Source: Dictyostelium discoideum
Taxonomy: Eukaryota
Direction: 5' to 3'
Length of the DNA: 64,000 nucleotides
NCBI GenBank assembly: GCA_000004695.1
Contig: CM000151.3
Coordinates: 3,776,001 to 3,840,000 of the forward strand
Under the pieces are notes generated by a model, which saw only the letters and a program-made list of their open reading frames with translations, had not been told where the DNA came from and made no database searches. Below, piece by piece: positions 46,028 to 60,042 of the stretch. Each line of letters starts with the position of its first letter. Position 1 is the stretch's first letter. Made by a program: the position numbers and the translations under genes.

Positions 46028-47029
46028 CCTAAGGTTTATTATTACTATACAAAAAATTTATTTACTATACATATAAAACAAATAAAACTATTATTATTAC
46101 ATAACAATATAAAAAAAAAAAAAACAAATATTTATTACATATATCATATATGTATATAATTTATATTGTACACAAAAAAAAAAAAAAAAAAAATAAAATA
46201 AATAAAAAAATAAAAATAAAAATAAAAAAAAAAATAAAGAAAAAAAAAAGAAAAATTTAATTAAAATAAAATAAAAAATTAAATAAAAAAATAAATAAAG
46301 TTGAAAAAATCTTTTTATGTTACTTTAACACACCACTCACCTTAAAAATTTTTTTTTGTGTGTAAAATTTTTAATGTTGGAGGTGTTTGCTTTGTTTTTT
46401 TATTTTTTTTTTTTTTTATTTTTAATTTTTATTTTTATTATTATAATTTTATTTTATTTTATTTTATTTTTATTTTTGCCCGAAACAATACTAATTATAA
46501 AAAGTAATAAAAAACAACAAAAAAGATGAGAACCCTTCTATTTTGGTTAGATTATATTTTTTTTTTATTATTTTATTAATAGAGTGTTCCTTTGATTGTT
46601 TGAAATTTATCCGATTTTTTATTATTTTTATATTTTTAATTTTATTTTTTTTGATTTTGTCCAAATAAATTAAAGGAAATTGGAAAATATTAAATCCTAA
46701 AAACCTACAAATTTGGATTTTAATTTAAAAAAAAATAAAAAAAAAAAAATCAGGAATAAAAATTTTTTTTTTTTTTTTTTTTTTTTGTTACTTAAAAGTA
46801 ATTAAAGTTTTTGGATGAATTCATTTCCAATAGGACATAAATTACTTCAAAATATCCATAGTAATTACTGTCTCTTCTCAAAAAGGAAATGAATTGTGCA
46901 ATTGTTTTATTTTGATTTTTGATTTTTTTATTTTTTTTCATTTTTTTATTTTATTTTTATTTTTTTTTAATTTTTTTTTTTTCAAATTAAATTTTTTTTT
47001 TTTTTTTTAAATTTCAAAAATTTTTTTTT

Positions 47030-47063
<34 letters not shown>

Positions 47064-47147
47064 CTTATTTCATAAAAATTTTTTATTACTTTTTTTTTTT
47101 TTTTCATATATTTTATTTGGGAAAAATAAATAAATAAATAAATAAAT

Positions 47148-48719
47148 ATGTCAGCTCCAGTTTTAACCACCAGTAGTGGTTCACCAATTGATAACAATTT
47201 AAACTCAATGACCGCAGGTGTTAATGGTCCAATTTTAATTCAAGATTTCACTTTAATTGATAAACTTGCTCATTTCGATCGTGAACGTATCCCAGAACGT
47301 GTTGTACATGCTAAAGGTGCTGGTGCCCATGGTTATTTCGAAGTTCCCTCAAGTGATGTACCAAAATGGTGTAAAGCTAAATTCTTAAATAAAGTTGGTA
47401 AGAGAACACCAATCTTCACCCGTTTCTCTACTGTTGGTGGTGAAAAAGGTTCATCCGATTCTGAAAGAGATCCAAGAGGTTTCGCTGTCAAATTTTATAC
47501 TGAAGAAGGTAACTTTGATATGGTCGGTAATAATACTCCAGTTTTCTTTATTCGTGATCCATCAAAATTCCCAGATTTCATTCATACACAGTAAGTAAAA
47601 AAAAAATAAAAAATAATAAAAAAATAAAATAGATGCTAATATATTTTTTATTTTTTTTTTAAAAAAATTAGAAAACGTAATCCACAAACAAATTGTAAAG
47701 ATCCAAATATGTTTTGGGATTTTTTAGGTCAAACACCAGAATCAACACATCAAGTATCAATTTTATTCTCTGATAGAGGTACACCAAAATCATATCGTCA
47801 TATGCATGGTTTCTCATCACATACCTTAAAATTTGTTAATGCTCAAGGTAAACCATATTGGGTTAAATTACATTTCACCAGTGAAACTGGTATTCAAAAT
47901 TACACAGCTGAAGAAGCTGCCAAGATGTCAATGAACGATCCAGATTCAGCAACTCGTGATCTCTTTGAAACCATCGCCAAAGGTGGTGAACCAGCTTGGA
48001 AAGTTTCCATTCAATTGATGGAATTTGAAGATGCCTTAAAGTATCGTTTCAATCCATTCGATGTAACAAAGATTTGGTCACACAAAGACTATCCATTAAT
48101 TCAAATTGGTCGTATGGTTTTGAATCGTAATCCAGAGAATTACTTTGCTGAAGTTGAACAAGCTGCCTTCTCACCATCCCACATGGTTCCAGGTATTGAA
48201 CCATCACCAGATAAGATGTTACAAGGTCGTCTCTTCTCTTATCCAGATACTCATCGTCATCGTTTAGGTGTAAACTATCAACAAATCCCAGTCAATTGTC
48301 CATTCGCCGTAAAGGGTGGTGTTAAAAACTACCAACGTGATGGTTTCATGGCTGTCAATGGTAATGGTGGTAAAGGTCCAAACTATCAACCAAACTCTTT
48401 CGGTGGTCCAGAGCCACATCCAGAATTTGCTCAACATAAATTTGACGTCTCTGGTTTCGCTGCTCGTCAACCATACAATCATCCAAATGACGACTTTGTT
48501 CAACCAGGTGATTTATATAGACTCATGTCTGAAGATGCCAAATCTCGTTTCGTCTCTAATTTAGTCGGTCACATGTCCGGTGTCACCATCAAAGAAATTC
48601 AAGTTCGTGCCGTTTCAAACTTTTACAAGGCTGACAAAGATTTAGGTGCTCGTTTATGTAAGGGTCTTGGTATTGATGTTAATGATGTCATCAAATTCGC
48701 TGCTAGATCAAACTTGTAA
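47148..48719 (+). CDS. catA: Catalase A (monofunctional heme catalase), 496 aa; join(47148..47590,47672..48719).
   Basis: Catalase signatures [18 protein letters not shown] and [14 protein letters not shown], plus the distal His and the heme-ligand Tyr region. GTAAGT donor at 47591 (phase 2) and acceptor ATTAG at 47671 give ...[22 protein letters not shown]-terminal ...ARSNL. Confidence 0.95.
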
Positions 48720-49255
48720 ATCAATATATTAAAAATAATAAAAAAATAAAAAAATAAAAAAAAATAAAAAATTAAATCTCAATCTTTTTTTAATTATAAA
48801 AAAAAATAAAAAAGAAAAAAATTAAAAAAAAATAAAAAAGAAAAATTAAAAAAAAAAAACAAAAAACAAAAAACAAAAAACAAAAAACAAAAAACAAAAA
48901 AAAAAAAAAAAAAAAAAATCAAACAAATGGACCATAGTATGAAAGTTTGATCAAACTTGTTGACATATTTTTGCATCACCTATAGTGTAGTATATGAAAT
49001 GTTGTTGTATGTACAAAATTTAAATAAAAAAAAAAAAAAATCAAACAAATGGACGATAGTATGAAAGTTGACATTTTTTTGCATCACCATAGTATGAAAT
49101 TTTAAAAAAAAAAATTTTTTTTATAATTTTTTTTTTTATAATTTTTTTTTTTTTTTTTTTTTTTTTTTTGATTTTTTTTTTTTTTTTTTAAATTTTTTTT
49201 TTTTTTCTTTTAATTAACACAAAAAAAAAAAAAAAAATCATATACAAATAACAAT

Positions 49256-49352
49256 ATGGGTAATAAACAAGGTAAATCCCCAAATAATAGCAAAGGAGGT
49301 AAAAAATACAGTAAGTAATATTATATAATTCACATTTTATTTAATTTTATTT

Positions 49353-49398
<46 letters not shown>

Positions 49399-50396
49399 TT
49401 AAATTTTGTACATACTAATTTTTATATGAATTTCTAAAAATAGAAATTGATAATGATGTAGTCAAACAACTCCAAGAATCAACAAATTGTAAGTAATATT
49501 ATATATATTTATAAATATTTAAAATAAATTAATTATTTATTCTATTTTATTAATTTCTTCTTTTTTGTTTTATTTTTTATTTTATTTTTTTTTTATTATT
49601 AATTTTTTTTATTATTAATTTTTTTTTTTTTTTAATATTTTTTTTTTTTTTAATATTAAAAGTTGACAAGGTTGAAGCTAAAAAATTATATGAAGTTTTC
49701 TATGATCTTTCAAATGGAGGTAAAGAACCATTAAATAGGGATAGATTCAAAGAAGGTTTAACCAAATTAGAATCATGTGGTTTAAAGAATCTTGATAATT
49801 CACCATTTGGTGATCGTTTATTCGATTTACTCGATACCAATAAAGATAATACTGTTGATCTTCAAGAATTTATTAGTGGTTTATCAATTTTATGTAAAGG
49901 TACTGCCGAAGAAAAACTCGAATGTAACTTTCAATTTTATTTATTATATATATTTATTTTTTTTTATTTTTTTATTTTTCCAATAATAATATATATATAT
50001 ATATATTAATACTTCTTTTTTTTTATTTTATTTTATTTTATTATTTTATTTTTTATTATTTTTTTCAAAAAAAATTTAGTATCATTTAAAGCATATGATA
50101 TAGATGGAAATGGATATATTACAAAGAGTGAATTATCACAAATGTTTCAACAAGCATGGATTTCAGGTTTCAAAGCATTATCATATCAAACTAATGAAGA
50201 AGTCAACAAGGATGATTTAAATAATTTTTCAGAGGAAATGGCACAAATCTTTGCAGATGGTGCTTTCTCATCTTTAGATGTTAATGGTGATGGTAAATTA
50301 TCTTTCAATGAATTCAAACAATTCGCAATGTCTCATCCAAAAATTACTGCCACATTAAATGGTTCAAAGAGAGACGTGCCAATTACTTTTGATTAA
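49256..50396 (+). CDS. N-myristoylated EF-hand protein, calcineurin B / CHP-like, 225 aa; join(49256..49310,49444..49488,49663..49923,50080..50396).
   Basis: MGNKQGKS myristoylation signal. All three introns are phase 1 (donors GTAAGT, GTAAGT, GTAACT). Across exon 3/4 the sequence EEKLELSFKAYDIDGNGYITKSEL matches calcineurin-B [24 protein letters not shown]. The last EF-hand is LDVNGDGKLSFNEF. Confidence 0.78.
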
Positions 50397-50768
50397 ATTA
50401 ATCATACAACCATTTCTTTATTAATAAAAAAAATCAAAAAAAAAAAAGTATATAAATAAATTGTAATTAATAGATTTTAACTAAAAAAAAAATAAAAAAA
50501 AAACCCTCTTTTATGGTTTAATTTATTTTGTTTTGGAAGAAAAAAAAAAAAAAAAATATCATAAATACTTAGAATAAAAAATAAAAAAAAAAATAAAAAA
50601 AAAAATCACAAATTTTTTTTTTTTTTTTTTTTTCTTTTTTGTTTTTTTTTTTTTTTTTTTTTAATATATATTATTATTTTTTTTTTTATATATACAATTA
50701 CTACTTTTTTTGTCATTTTTTTTTTTTATTATTTTTTTATTTTAAAAAAAATACTCGAATTTTAAAAG

Positions 50769-51055
50769 ATGAGTAAGTGGGGAAATTTTAATTTTGACAT
50801 ATCAGCAGTTGGGAAGGTTATTAAAAATGTTGAAAAATCAATTGACAAGGCAATTGGTATACCAGATCAACCAGAAGGTACTGAAAACAATGATAACAAT
50901 ACATCATTTTCTTCATCTCCGGGTGGAGGTACTAGTTTCTTTGGATATTCATTTTCAACACCAACAAAATCTACTTCAAATAATACACCAATAACATCGA
51001 CACCAACAAAATTACAAAGTGGTCAAACTCTCACTCCAACTCTTACTCCTATTCA

Positions 51056-51131
<76 letters not shown>

Positions 51132-51805
51132 AATAATAATAATAGCAATAAACAAACAAACAATAGTTCAAATAATAGTTCAATATTAAATATAACACCA
51201 ATAAAACCAAAAATAGAACAACAATCCATTCCCACACCTAAATATAGTGAAAATACAAGTGAGGAAATTGGATTAAAAAATAAAGAGGATAATAAAGGTG
51301 AAGATGAGGATGAAGATGAAGATGAAGAAAAACCACTATATCAAATAGATGCTAATTTAGATTCAAAATCTGAAAATATTTTAAAAGAAGAGAAGGTAAA
51401 TAAAAATCATGATAATGGCAACAATCAAAATGAAAATGAGAATCAAAATGAAAGTGAAAATGAAAATGAAATTGAAAATGATAATAATAATAATAATAAT
51501 AGTATGAATATATCAAAATCATTACAAATGGATAAAAGTGAGCTCAACCAAGAGGTAAATGGGTCATGGGTAGATGATGATGATATCCTTATAGATGATA
51601 CAAATATTATTGTTGATAAATAAAAATACAAATATAGATTAATGAAATTGATACTAATAGCCTTCAAATAAATACTGATCATAACAAAGATCTCCTCAAT
51701 ATTGACTCAATTAATAATACAAATGAAATTAATAATAAAGAAAATGATAATAATATAGAAAAGGAGGAAATACAAGAAATAAAACCTATTAATAATGAAA
51801 ATGTT

Positions 51806-51883
<78 letters not shown>

Positions 51884-51938
51884 GATAATATTATTGATTA
51901 TAATAATAATAATAATAATATTGATAATAATAATATTA

Positions 51939-52029
<91 letters not shown>

Positions 52030-53563
52030 ATTAATAATAAAAGAAAATAATGAATTAAAACAAACTATTAAAGAAATGGAAAATAAAATGAATATAGTTG
52101 TAATGATAAATAATGAACAAAAGAGAATAGTAACAGATAAAGAAAAGGTTATAGAGGATTTAACAGGTAAAATGTCAAAATTAGCGATATTGAATGATCA
52201 ATTATTGGGTGATATTAACAAATTGAATGTTGATTCAAAGAAAGAAGATTTAGAGAATTTAAAAGAAGAATTTAGTAGAAGATTAGGTCAAGTAGAGAAA
52301 AAGCTATCAAATGTTACCAAAGAACGTGATCAATTAAGATCTGGTACAACGCTACCAGAGTCAATTCAAATTACAGTGAAAGAAAAAGATGAAAAGATCA
52401 CTCAACTCATTACAGAGGGTACAAATTTAAGTCATCGTATTTTAGCATTGGAATCATCATTAAAGAAATCGAAACAAACCACCAAAGAAAATGAAGATAC
52501 CATTACAATGTTAAATGAAAGAATTAATAACACCGAGCAATTACTTTTAACTCGTTCAGAGAGATTAAAAGAATTTGAAGAGGCTGATAAACGTTATCAA
52601 GATACAATCAATACAATGAAGGAAGTTAGTGATTCTGCCTCAAAGAAATTGGATAAACGTGATCAAGAGGCTGATAAGGCTATTAGACAAGCAACCGATT
52701 TACAGGCAGCTTTAGATAAAGCTTGGAAAGATATTCAAGACTTAAATAAACATCATTCCATTGAGATTGATCGTTACAATAAACAGTTACAAGAGGAGAG
52801 ATCCAGAATTAAAAGTGAATTCCAATTGATTGCAAACAATGAAAAGAAAGAGTTTCTTGATAAAATAGAACAATTGGAAACTTTTATACAAGAACATCGT
52901 TCAACTATCAATAGAAATAATGAGAAACAAACTTGGAAAGAGGAGGAATTAAATAAAGAGATAGCTCATCTTCAACAACGATGTAGAGATGCTGAAATTC
53001 GTAATGATCAATTAAGCTCTTCAATACCTCAAGCAACTCGTCCACTCTTAAAACAAATTGAATCCATTCAAGAACAATTCAATGAAAGACAATCGACTTG
53101 GGAAACTTTAGAGAAACAATTAAATAATCAATTACGTGAAGAACGTTTAAAAGCTGAACATGTAGTTAGAAATCAACAAGAGATCCTCTCTGAATTGGAA
53201 GAGTTAACTCTAAAATTCCAATTATTAGAGAGTGAAAGTAAAATTGATAAAAAGAAATTAAAATCTACAATCACAGAGTTACAACAACTTAAATCCATAC
53301 AATCGGATCATCTTTCAAAAATACAAGATTTAGAATCCTCTTCTTCAACTTTACAATCAAAAATCGATCAACATTTAAATACCATCTCAATATTGGAAGA
53401 ACGTTTAACACTTTCAAATAAAGAACTTAAAGATTTAGAAGATAAAAGACAAAAAGAAAAAGAACTTTATGAAAAAGAAACTTCAAACTTTTTAAAAAAA
53501 CAACAACAGTTATTATTACAACAACAATTACAACAACAACAACAACAAGAAAATCAAAATCAA

Positions 53564-53609
<46 letters not shown>

Positions 53610-54106
53610 GTTCGTCATTATCAAATAGTACAGATAAAATTAATAATGGTTCAATTTCAACACCACCACAACAACAAAATAAAGGATTATTTAGTGGATT
53701 AAAGAAAACACCAAGTAACCATGACTTTTTAAATCATTCAGTTGGAAATGGATTATTACCAGCATCTTTAGAGTATTTACAATCTTCATTATCACAAAAA
53801 GAGGGTGAAGCAATGTCATTACAAGCTCAAGTTCAATCATTAAATCATTCAAGAAAGAAATTAGAGGATGAATTAGTAAAACTTACCACTGATAATGAGG
53901 AATTATTAAGTGAATGTAAAGAATTGAAATTACAACGTCAAGAGATTAAAGATATTCAACAACGTTATCAAACCACTTTGTTAATGTTGGGTGAAAAAGA
54001 AGAAGCTGTAAATGAATTACGTTTGGATATTATGGATTTAAAGGATTTATATAAAAATCAAATTAATGAATTATTATTACAAATTGAAGTTTTAAAAAAG
54101 AAATAA
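50769..54106 (+). CDS. TMF/TATA-element-modulatory-factor-like golgin. A 5' exon from 50769 runs to about 51537, and a 3' exon 52044..54106 follows. The intron bypasses the in-frame stop at 51621 and is built from an (AAT)n tract.
   Basis: N-terminus MSKWGNFNFDISAVGKVIKNVEKSIDKAIGI matches human TMF1 MSWFNASQLSSFAKQALSQAQKSIDRVLDI. The 676-codon downstream ORF is continuous coiled coil ending in a TMF_TATA_bd-like segment (LLMLGEKEEAVNELRLDIMDLKDLYKNQINELL). The only phase-compatible pairing I find is a phase-1 donor (GTGAGC at 51538, or GTATGA at 51502) with acceptor AAAAG at 52043. The exact junction is uncertain. Confidence 0.7.
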
Positions 54107-54151
54107 AAAATAAAAAATAAAATAAAAAAAAAAAAAAAAAAAGTTATTTAT

Positions 54152-55720
54152 TTAAATAAAAGGTCTTTTATTCTTTTTTTTAATTTCTTGTAACTTTAAT
54201 AAATTTTCATGATTATTTGCTTTTTCATATTTTTCAGCATTTTTTATTTTTGATGAAGCTTTTGACTCTTGAATTTGATTAAAATTTGTTGTTGCCACGG
54301 CAGTATTATTTAATTTTGGAGGGATCTTTGAAAATGGGAAATAATTAATTTGATTATTTTCATCGAAAACTATTGATTCTTCTATTTTTTCAAAGTCTTT
54401 ATGATCACGAAATTGGAAATTACCAGTTAGATTTGATTTTGACCAATCATAGAATGATGAATGATTCTTTAGATTTGTATAGAGTGTTTCAGCTAATTTA
54501 TAACCTAACCAAGCGTCTATAGCTGCATATTTATGTTGATCCATATCATTGATGGTTTGAGTTATCCAATCTTCACGATTATTTGGTTTTGCTTTATATT
54601 GACGGTGGAAATTATATTTACCTAAACCAAGTAAATCAATTGCCAATACTTCAAGTGGTAAATAATTATTTGTAATACCACTTCTGAATGCAACACAACC
54701 AACATCCAATGCTGATTCACTCTTTACACTTGGAAATATCTTTGATATACGTTCAAAATCACTTTTAACACCAGTACCTGCTTTAATTATACTTTTATCC
54801 TTTAATAATTTAATTAAACCATCTGTTAATTTACCCATTGCTTTGATGTATATAACAGCTGATACGGTTTTTGTTGATATTTGAATAGAATATGGTATTG
54901 TACCCTCTAAATCAAATCCAACTATTATCCTCTTACTACTTAATGTAGAGTTATATGCTATTGATAACTCTTGATAATAGATTGATGTTATCATATTTAC
55001 AAAGAATTCACATTCTACCTCTTCAAAAATTACAAGAATAGTTGGTGATTCATTTATATTTTTTGACCATATAATATTTGAAAATTTCTCTTTAATACTT
55101 TCAAACCAAGGTAACTTTTTAAAGTCTATCTTTTCCATATCTTCTTTATTATTATATATTAATATTTCTTTTATTATCTTTTCATTATTATCATTATTAT
55201 CATTATTATCATTTTCATTATTATCTTCCAAGTTTTCATTTTCTTTAAATTTATTATCTTTTTCTAATTTTATATTATTATTATTATTATTATTATTATC
55301 ATCTTCAAGTTCATTTTCTTTTAATTTACCAGAGTTTAATTCTTTTATTTCTATATTATCTTTTTTTTCATTTTTATCTTTTTTTTCATTGTTTTCTTTG
55401 CGTTCATCTTTTTTATCTTTTTTATCTTTTTTATCTTTTTTATCCTCGTTGTTTATTTCTTTATTATCTCTACTTTTATCTGAACAGCCTTTATCCAAAT
55501 CATTTTCATCTTTCTTTTCTTTCTTTTCTTTCTTTTCTTTCTTTTCTTTTTTTTCTTTCTTTTCTTTCTTTTCTTTCTTTTCTTTCTTTTCTTTCTTTTC
55601 TTTCTTTTCTTTTTTATTTAATTCTTTTTCTTCATGTTTATCCCTTTTTAATTTTTTCTTTTCTATTTCTTCATCAGATGATTCATTTTCTATATTTTCT
55701 TTTGATCTCTTTTTGGCCAT
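54152..55720 (-). CDS. 3'-5' exonuclease domain protein (DEDDy / WRN-exo / Mut-7-like), single exon.
   Basis: Exo I motif RIIVGFDLEGT. Exo III YAAIDAWLGYKL. The N-terminal 200 aa are (KKE)n/(KKD)n lysine-rich repeats. Confidence 0.85.
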   Translation of the reverse strand: MAKKRSKENIENESSDEEIEKKKLKRDKHEEKELNKKEKKEKKEKKEKKEKKEKKEKKEKKEKKEKKEKKDENDLDKGCSDKSRDNKEINNEDKKDKKDKKDKKDERKENNEKKDKNEKKDNIEIKELNSGKLKENELEDDNNNNNNNNIKLEKDNKFKENENLEDNNENDNNDNNDNNEKIIKEILIYNNKEDMEKIDFKKLPWFESIKEKFSNIIWSKNINESPTILVIFEEVECEFFVNMITSIYYQELSIAYNSTLSSKRIIVGFDLEGTIPYSIQISTKTVSAVIYIKAMGKLTDGLIKLLKDKSIIKAGTGVKSDFERISKIFPSVKSESALDVGCVAFRSGITNNYLPLEVLAIDLLGLGKYNFHRQYKAKPNNREDWITQTINDMDQHKYAAIDAWLGYKLAETLYTNLKNHSSFYDWSKSNLTGNFQFRDHKDFEKIEESIVFDENNQINYFPFSKIPPKLNNTAVATTNFNQIQESKASSKIKNAEKYEKANNHENLLKLQEIKKKNKRPFI

Positions 55721-56236
55721 TTCGTAAAAATAAAAAAGATTGGATTTTTTTTTTTTTTTTTTTGTCGTTGGAATTTTTTTTTTTTTTGTGTATGAAAATA
55801 TAAAAATAAATAAAATTTATTTATTTTTGGAAAACTCCTGTTTCAAAAAAAAAAACATAACCTTATTATACTGTGTGTAAGAAATTTTTTGATAATAATT
55901 TTATTGATCTTGAATTTAAAAATTGGAAATTTAGATATTTTTTTATTTATTTATTTTTTTTTTTGAAAAAGAAGGTAATTTTCTTTATCATTTGACAGAT
56001 ATCCTTTGGACGAGTTTTGACGCAAAAAAAAAAAAGAAATATTATTCTTTAAATTTAAATGTTATAACTTTTGATTGAATTTGAATATTTCTAGTTAATT
56101 CTAAATTATCATTAGTTTTTTATGAGTTTTGATATCTACAAAGTTTAAATCTAACTATTGATGGAACTGTTGAAAAAAACAATTTCAATATAAAATAAAA
56201 GGAGTTGATAAAAATAATTGTGTTTAAACACAATTG

Positions 56237-56973
56237 TTATAAATCATCCCTTATTGGGATTAAAAATGACATATCTTCAGCAGGGTCTTTATATTTTCCA
56301 TACTTTTCATCAAGAAAATTACTTTTATGATTTCTAGAAAGGTATTCTTTAGCCTCTTCTTTTTCTTTTTCTTTCATTTTTCTATGTTCCTCTATAATCT
56401 TTTTAGTGACTTTACAATTTATTTTTCTTTTTTTTAATATTTCAAGTTTATTTAATTCTTTAGAAAGTTCACTATGAATTAATAAAATAAATATTTTCAA
56501 TTATTATTTATTCAATTATTATTAAATATTGTTATTTTTATAATTTAATTATTAAATTAATGAAGAAGAAATAATAATAAAAATAATTGATAAGAGGGGC
56601 GATATACATACTCTTTTTGAACTTTAATTAAACTACCTAACCATGCATATTGAGATTTAGCATTCACAATTTTCTGATCTAATTCCAAGGATTTCTTTGA
56701 TTGTTGTTTCTCTCCAAGATCTTTTGTTGTTTCTTTATTTTTAGGAGGGTCCAATTTAAACTTTTTATTATTTAATTCGTGTACCAATAATTTTACTATT
56801 CCTGTTGTGTGATCAGTTACTTTTTCATGATCTATTAAATCAATTTCGGCATCCCTAGCAACATTTGCTGATATATGTTCTATAAGTGTTATAACATCCA
56901 TTTTAGATGATTTTGGAATAAAATATGCTTCCATTTCTTTTTCTGAGTTTTTACTTGTTTTTCTTTTACCCAT
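56237..56973 (-). CDS. Hypothetical basic/coiled-coil protein (about 200 aa, likely nuclear); join(56612..56973,56237..56471).
   Basis: MGKRKTSKNSEKEMEAYFIPK... A GTATGT donor at 56611 (phase 2) and acceptor TTCATAG at 56472 join ...LIKVQK-D-ELSKELNKLEILKKRK...IPIRDDL*. Both exons are stop-free. Confidence 0.65.
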
Positions 56974-57247
56974 TTTGAATTTTATTTTATTTTTAGATTA
57001 GTTGATGGCAATGATGATGATAAGGTTGTGGTTGGTAAAAATAAAATAAAAAAAAAAAAAAAAAGAAAAAAAAAAAAATTTTGAAAAAAAAAAAAAAAAA
57101 CAAAAGGAAAAGTTATTTTTTTTGTTGGAAAAACTTATTAGATTTCCAGAAATCTAAAAAGGTATTTTTTTTTTTTTTTTCATAATTTTTTATTTTTTAT
57201 TATTTAAATATTTTTATTTTTATTTTATTTATTATTATTATTAAATA

Positions 57248-58138
57248 TTAAGGTTCTCTTAAATTTAAAATTGCACGTGGGTATAAATGTAAATCTAATA
57301 AAGTTTTTGAATTATCAGTTAAAGATTCTTTTGGGAAATTGGTTACTAATTCATAGGTTGATAAATTTATTTGAGAGTTTGAATCGAATAAATGAATATC
57401 TACCCAATCACGAATTGATTGAAAAGTGTTATTTACAAAGAATTTTCTAGTGATTCTAGTACCATCAGGTGGTAAACTGATTGAGATTTCACAAATTTTA
57501 ATAGGAGAAGATTTAATTTGATCCAGAGATAATCCAATCGATGGATCCACTGGTAATCTATCTCTTTTTATGGAGATTTGAGTTTGTTGTTCAATTTCCA
57601 TCGATAATTTTAAAGCTCTCTCTAATTCTTCCTCTTCTTTCTTTTCTCTATCTTTTTTCAAAGATTCATTAAATTCTCTCTCTTGTTCCTCTCTAATCTT
57701 TCTTGAATCTTTTATCATTTTCTTATGTTCTAATCTACCTTTATCTATTGATGATAGAAATTGTTGTGCTTCTGGATTATTCTCATAATATTCTTCTTCA
57801 TTATCATCAGATTCATTACTAATATTTAAACAATTATTAACTCTATAACCATATTTATTATTTTGATTATTTTGATTATTATTTTGATTATTATTATTAT
57901 TATTACTACTATTATTATAGTTTCCGCTATTTTGTTTATATTCATTAATTTCATCATTTGGTGATGACCCACCAAATCTAACCTTTCTTCTTGATGGTGT
58001 ATTTGGTGAGCCTAAATTTGGTTTATTTGTTTGATTATTATTTTTTGATTGTTGTGATTGTTGTGGTGATTGTTGTGATTGTTGTTGTTGTTGTTGTGGC
58101 GGTGGTGATGGTTGTCTATGATTATTTTGATTATTTTG

Positions 58139-58217
<79 letters not shown>

Positions 58218-58427
58218 GTTTGCTTTGTTTTTTGTTGTTGTTGTTTTTGTTGTTGCTGCTGTTGTTGTTGTAATCTTATGGATTCATTAATAGCTCTTTG
58301 TAAAGCAATATCTTCATCTTCATCACCTTGATAGTCAGAGAATCTATCATTACGACGACGTTGATTTGATTGTTGTGTAGTATGATCAGTATTATCAGCA
58401 TTATCATCATCATCTTCATATTCTTCT

Positions 58428-58458
<31 letters not shown>

Positions 58459-59236
58459 CGTTATCATTTTCATCATAAATTTCTTCAAGATTTGCTTTAT
58501 TTTCCATTTGTTGTTTTCTTAATTGAGTTTGTTCATAAATATCTTGTGGTCTCATATGACCTAATGGTGCTCTTGGTTGACCAATGATATTATTCATAAA
58601 ATCTTTACTAAGAAAAGGCGTATAATTACCAAAATGACCACCACCATCTCTATTTACATTTGGTGCCATCAAATTATCAACTGATCCTTGTGGATATTGC
58701 ATTCCTGTAGATGATGATAAATTAATTGGACCACCACCAGGTAATGGTTGCATCATACCTCCACTACTACCTAAAAGACCACCAACACTATATACTCCAC
58801 CATTACCATTACCATTATTATTACCATTATTATTATTGTTACTTTGAATACAACTAGATGAAGATGATAATGTTGAGGTTGTAGTTGTATTTTTAACACC
58901 ATTAATTATCTTTTTTGAAGTTACACTTGTGGATCCACCACCACCACCACTACCACCACCACTATTATTATTACCTGATGAATCAAATGTTGATTCTTCA
59001 ATAATTTCTTCACTCATTGATGTACCATTACTACTAATACTACTATTACTACCATTACTATTAGTTCTTCTTGAAGATGATGCTGATGAATAACTTCCAC
59101 CACCACCACTACTATTGCTATCATTACTATAATTATTATTTCTACGATTACGATTACGATTTGTACTCTTATTTATACCACCAATACTTTTACCACTTGA
59201 TGTTGTTGGTCCATTATAATTATTATTCCTACTCAT
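57248..59236 (-). CDS. UBX domain-containing protein with UIM motifs, single exon.
   Basis: C-terminal UBX domain (IKICEISISLPPDGTRITRKFFVNNTFQSIRDWV...LHLYPRAILNL). UIM-like motifs DEDIALQRAINESI and EEELERALKLSME. Gly/Asn/Gln-rich low-complexity N-terminal half. Confidence 0.82.
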
Positions 59237-59275
59237 TTTTTATTTTTATTTGTTTTAATCTATTATTTATTATTT

Positions 59276-59314
<39 letters not shown>

Positions 59315-59655
59315 TTTTTTTTCTCTTTTTTTTTTTTTTAATTTATATTTTTTTTTTTATTTTTTTATTTTTTTTTAATTATTTGTTATATGGAAAGATA
59401 AAATAAAAGTGATAATATAAAAAAAAAATGTTATATTTTTTTTTTTTAAAAAAAAAAAATTTAATATTTGTTTATTTATTTTTATTTTTTTATTTAATTT
59501 TTAATTTTTAATTTAATATTTGTTTATTTTTATTTTTTTTTTTTTTTTTTTTTTTTTTTATTTTTGGAATTATGTGTGGTGTAATTTATTTATGTTGTGT
59601 GGTAAATTTATTATTGAGGAGGGGATATGTATATACAAATAAAAATATGATAATC

Positions 59656-59707
<52 letters not shown>

Positions 59708-59946
59708 TTATTATTTTTATTATTTTCATTATTTATGTATTTCCTGGATGATGTAATATTGATTTTTAAAATATTTTAATCCATATTGCTATTTTCTAAA
59801 ATGTGTAAATTGAAAATTTATTATTATTATTATTTTTTTTATTATCTTTATTATTATTCATTTTATTTTTTATTTTTTATTTTTTTATTTTTTTATTTTT
59901 ATTTATTTTTATTTTATTTTTTAAATTTAATGAATTAATTTATCAA

Positions 59947-59949
<3 letters not shown>

Positions 59950-60042
<93 letters not shown>

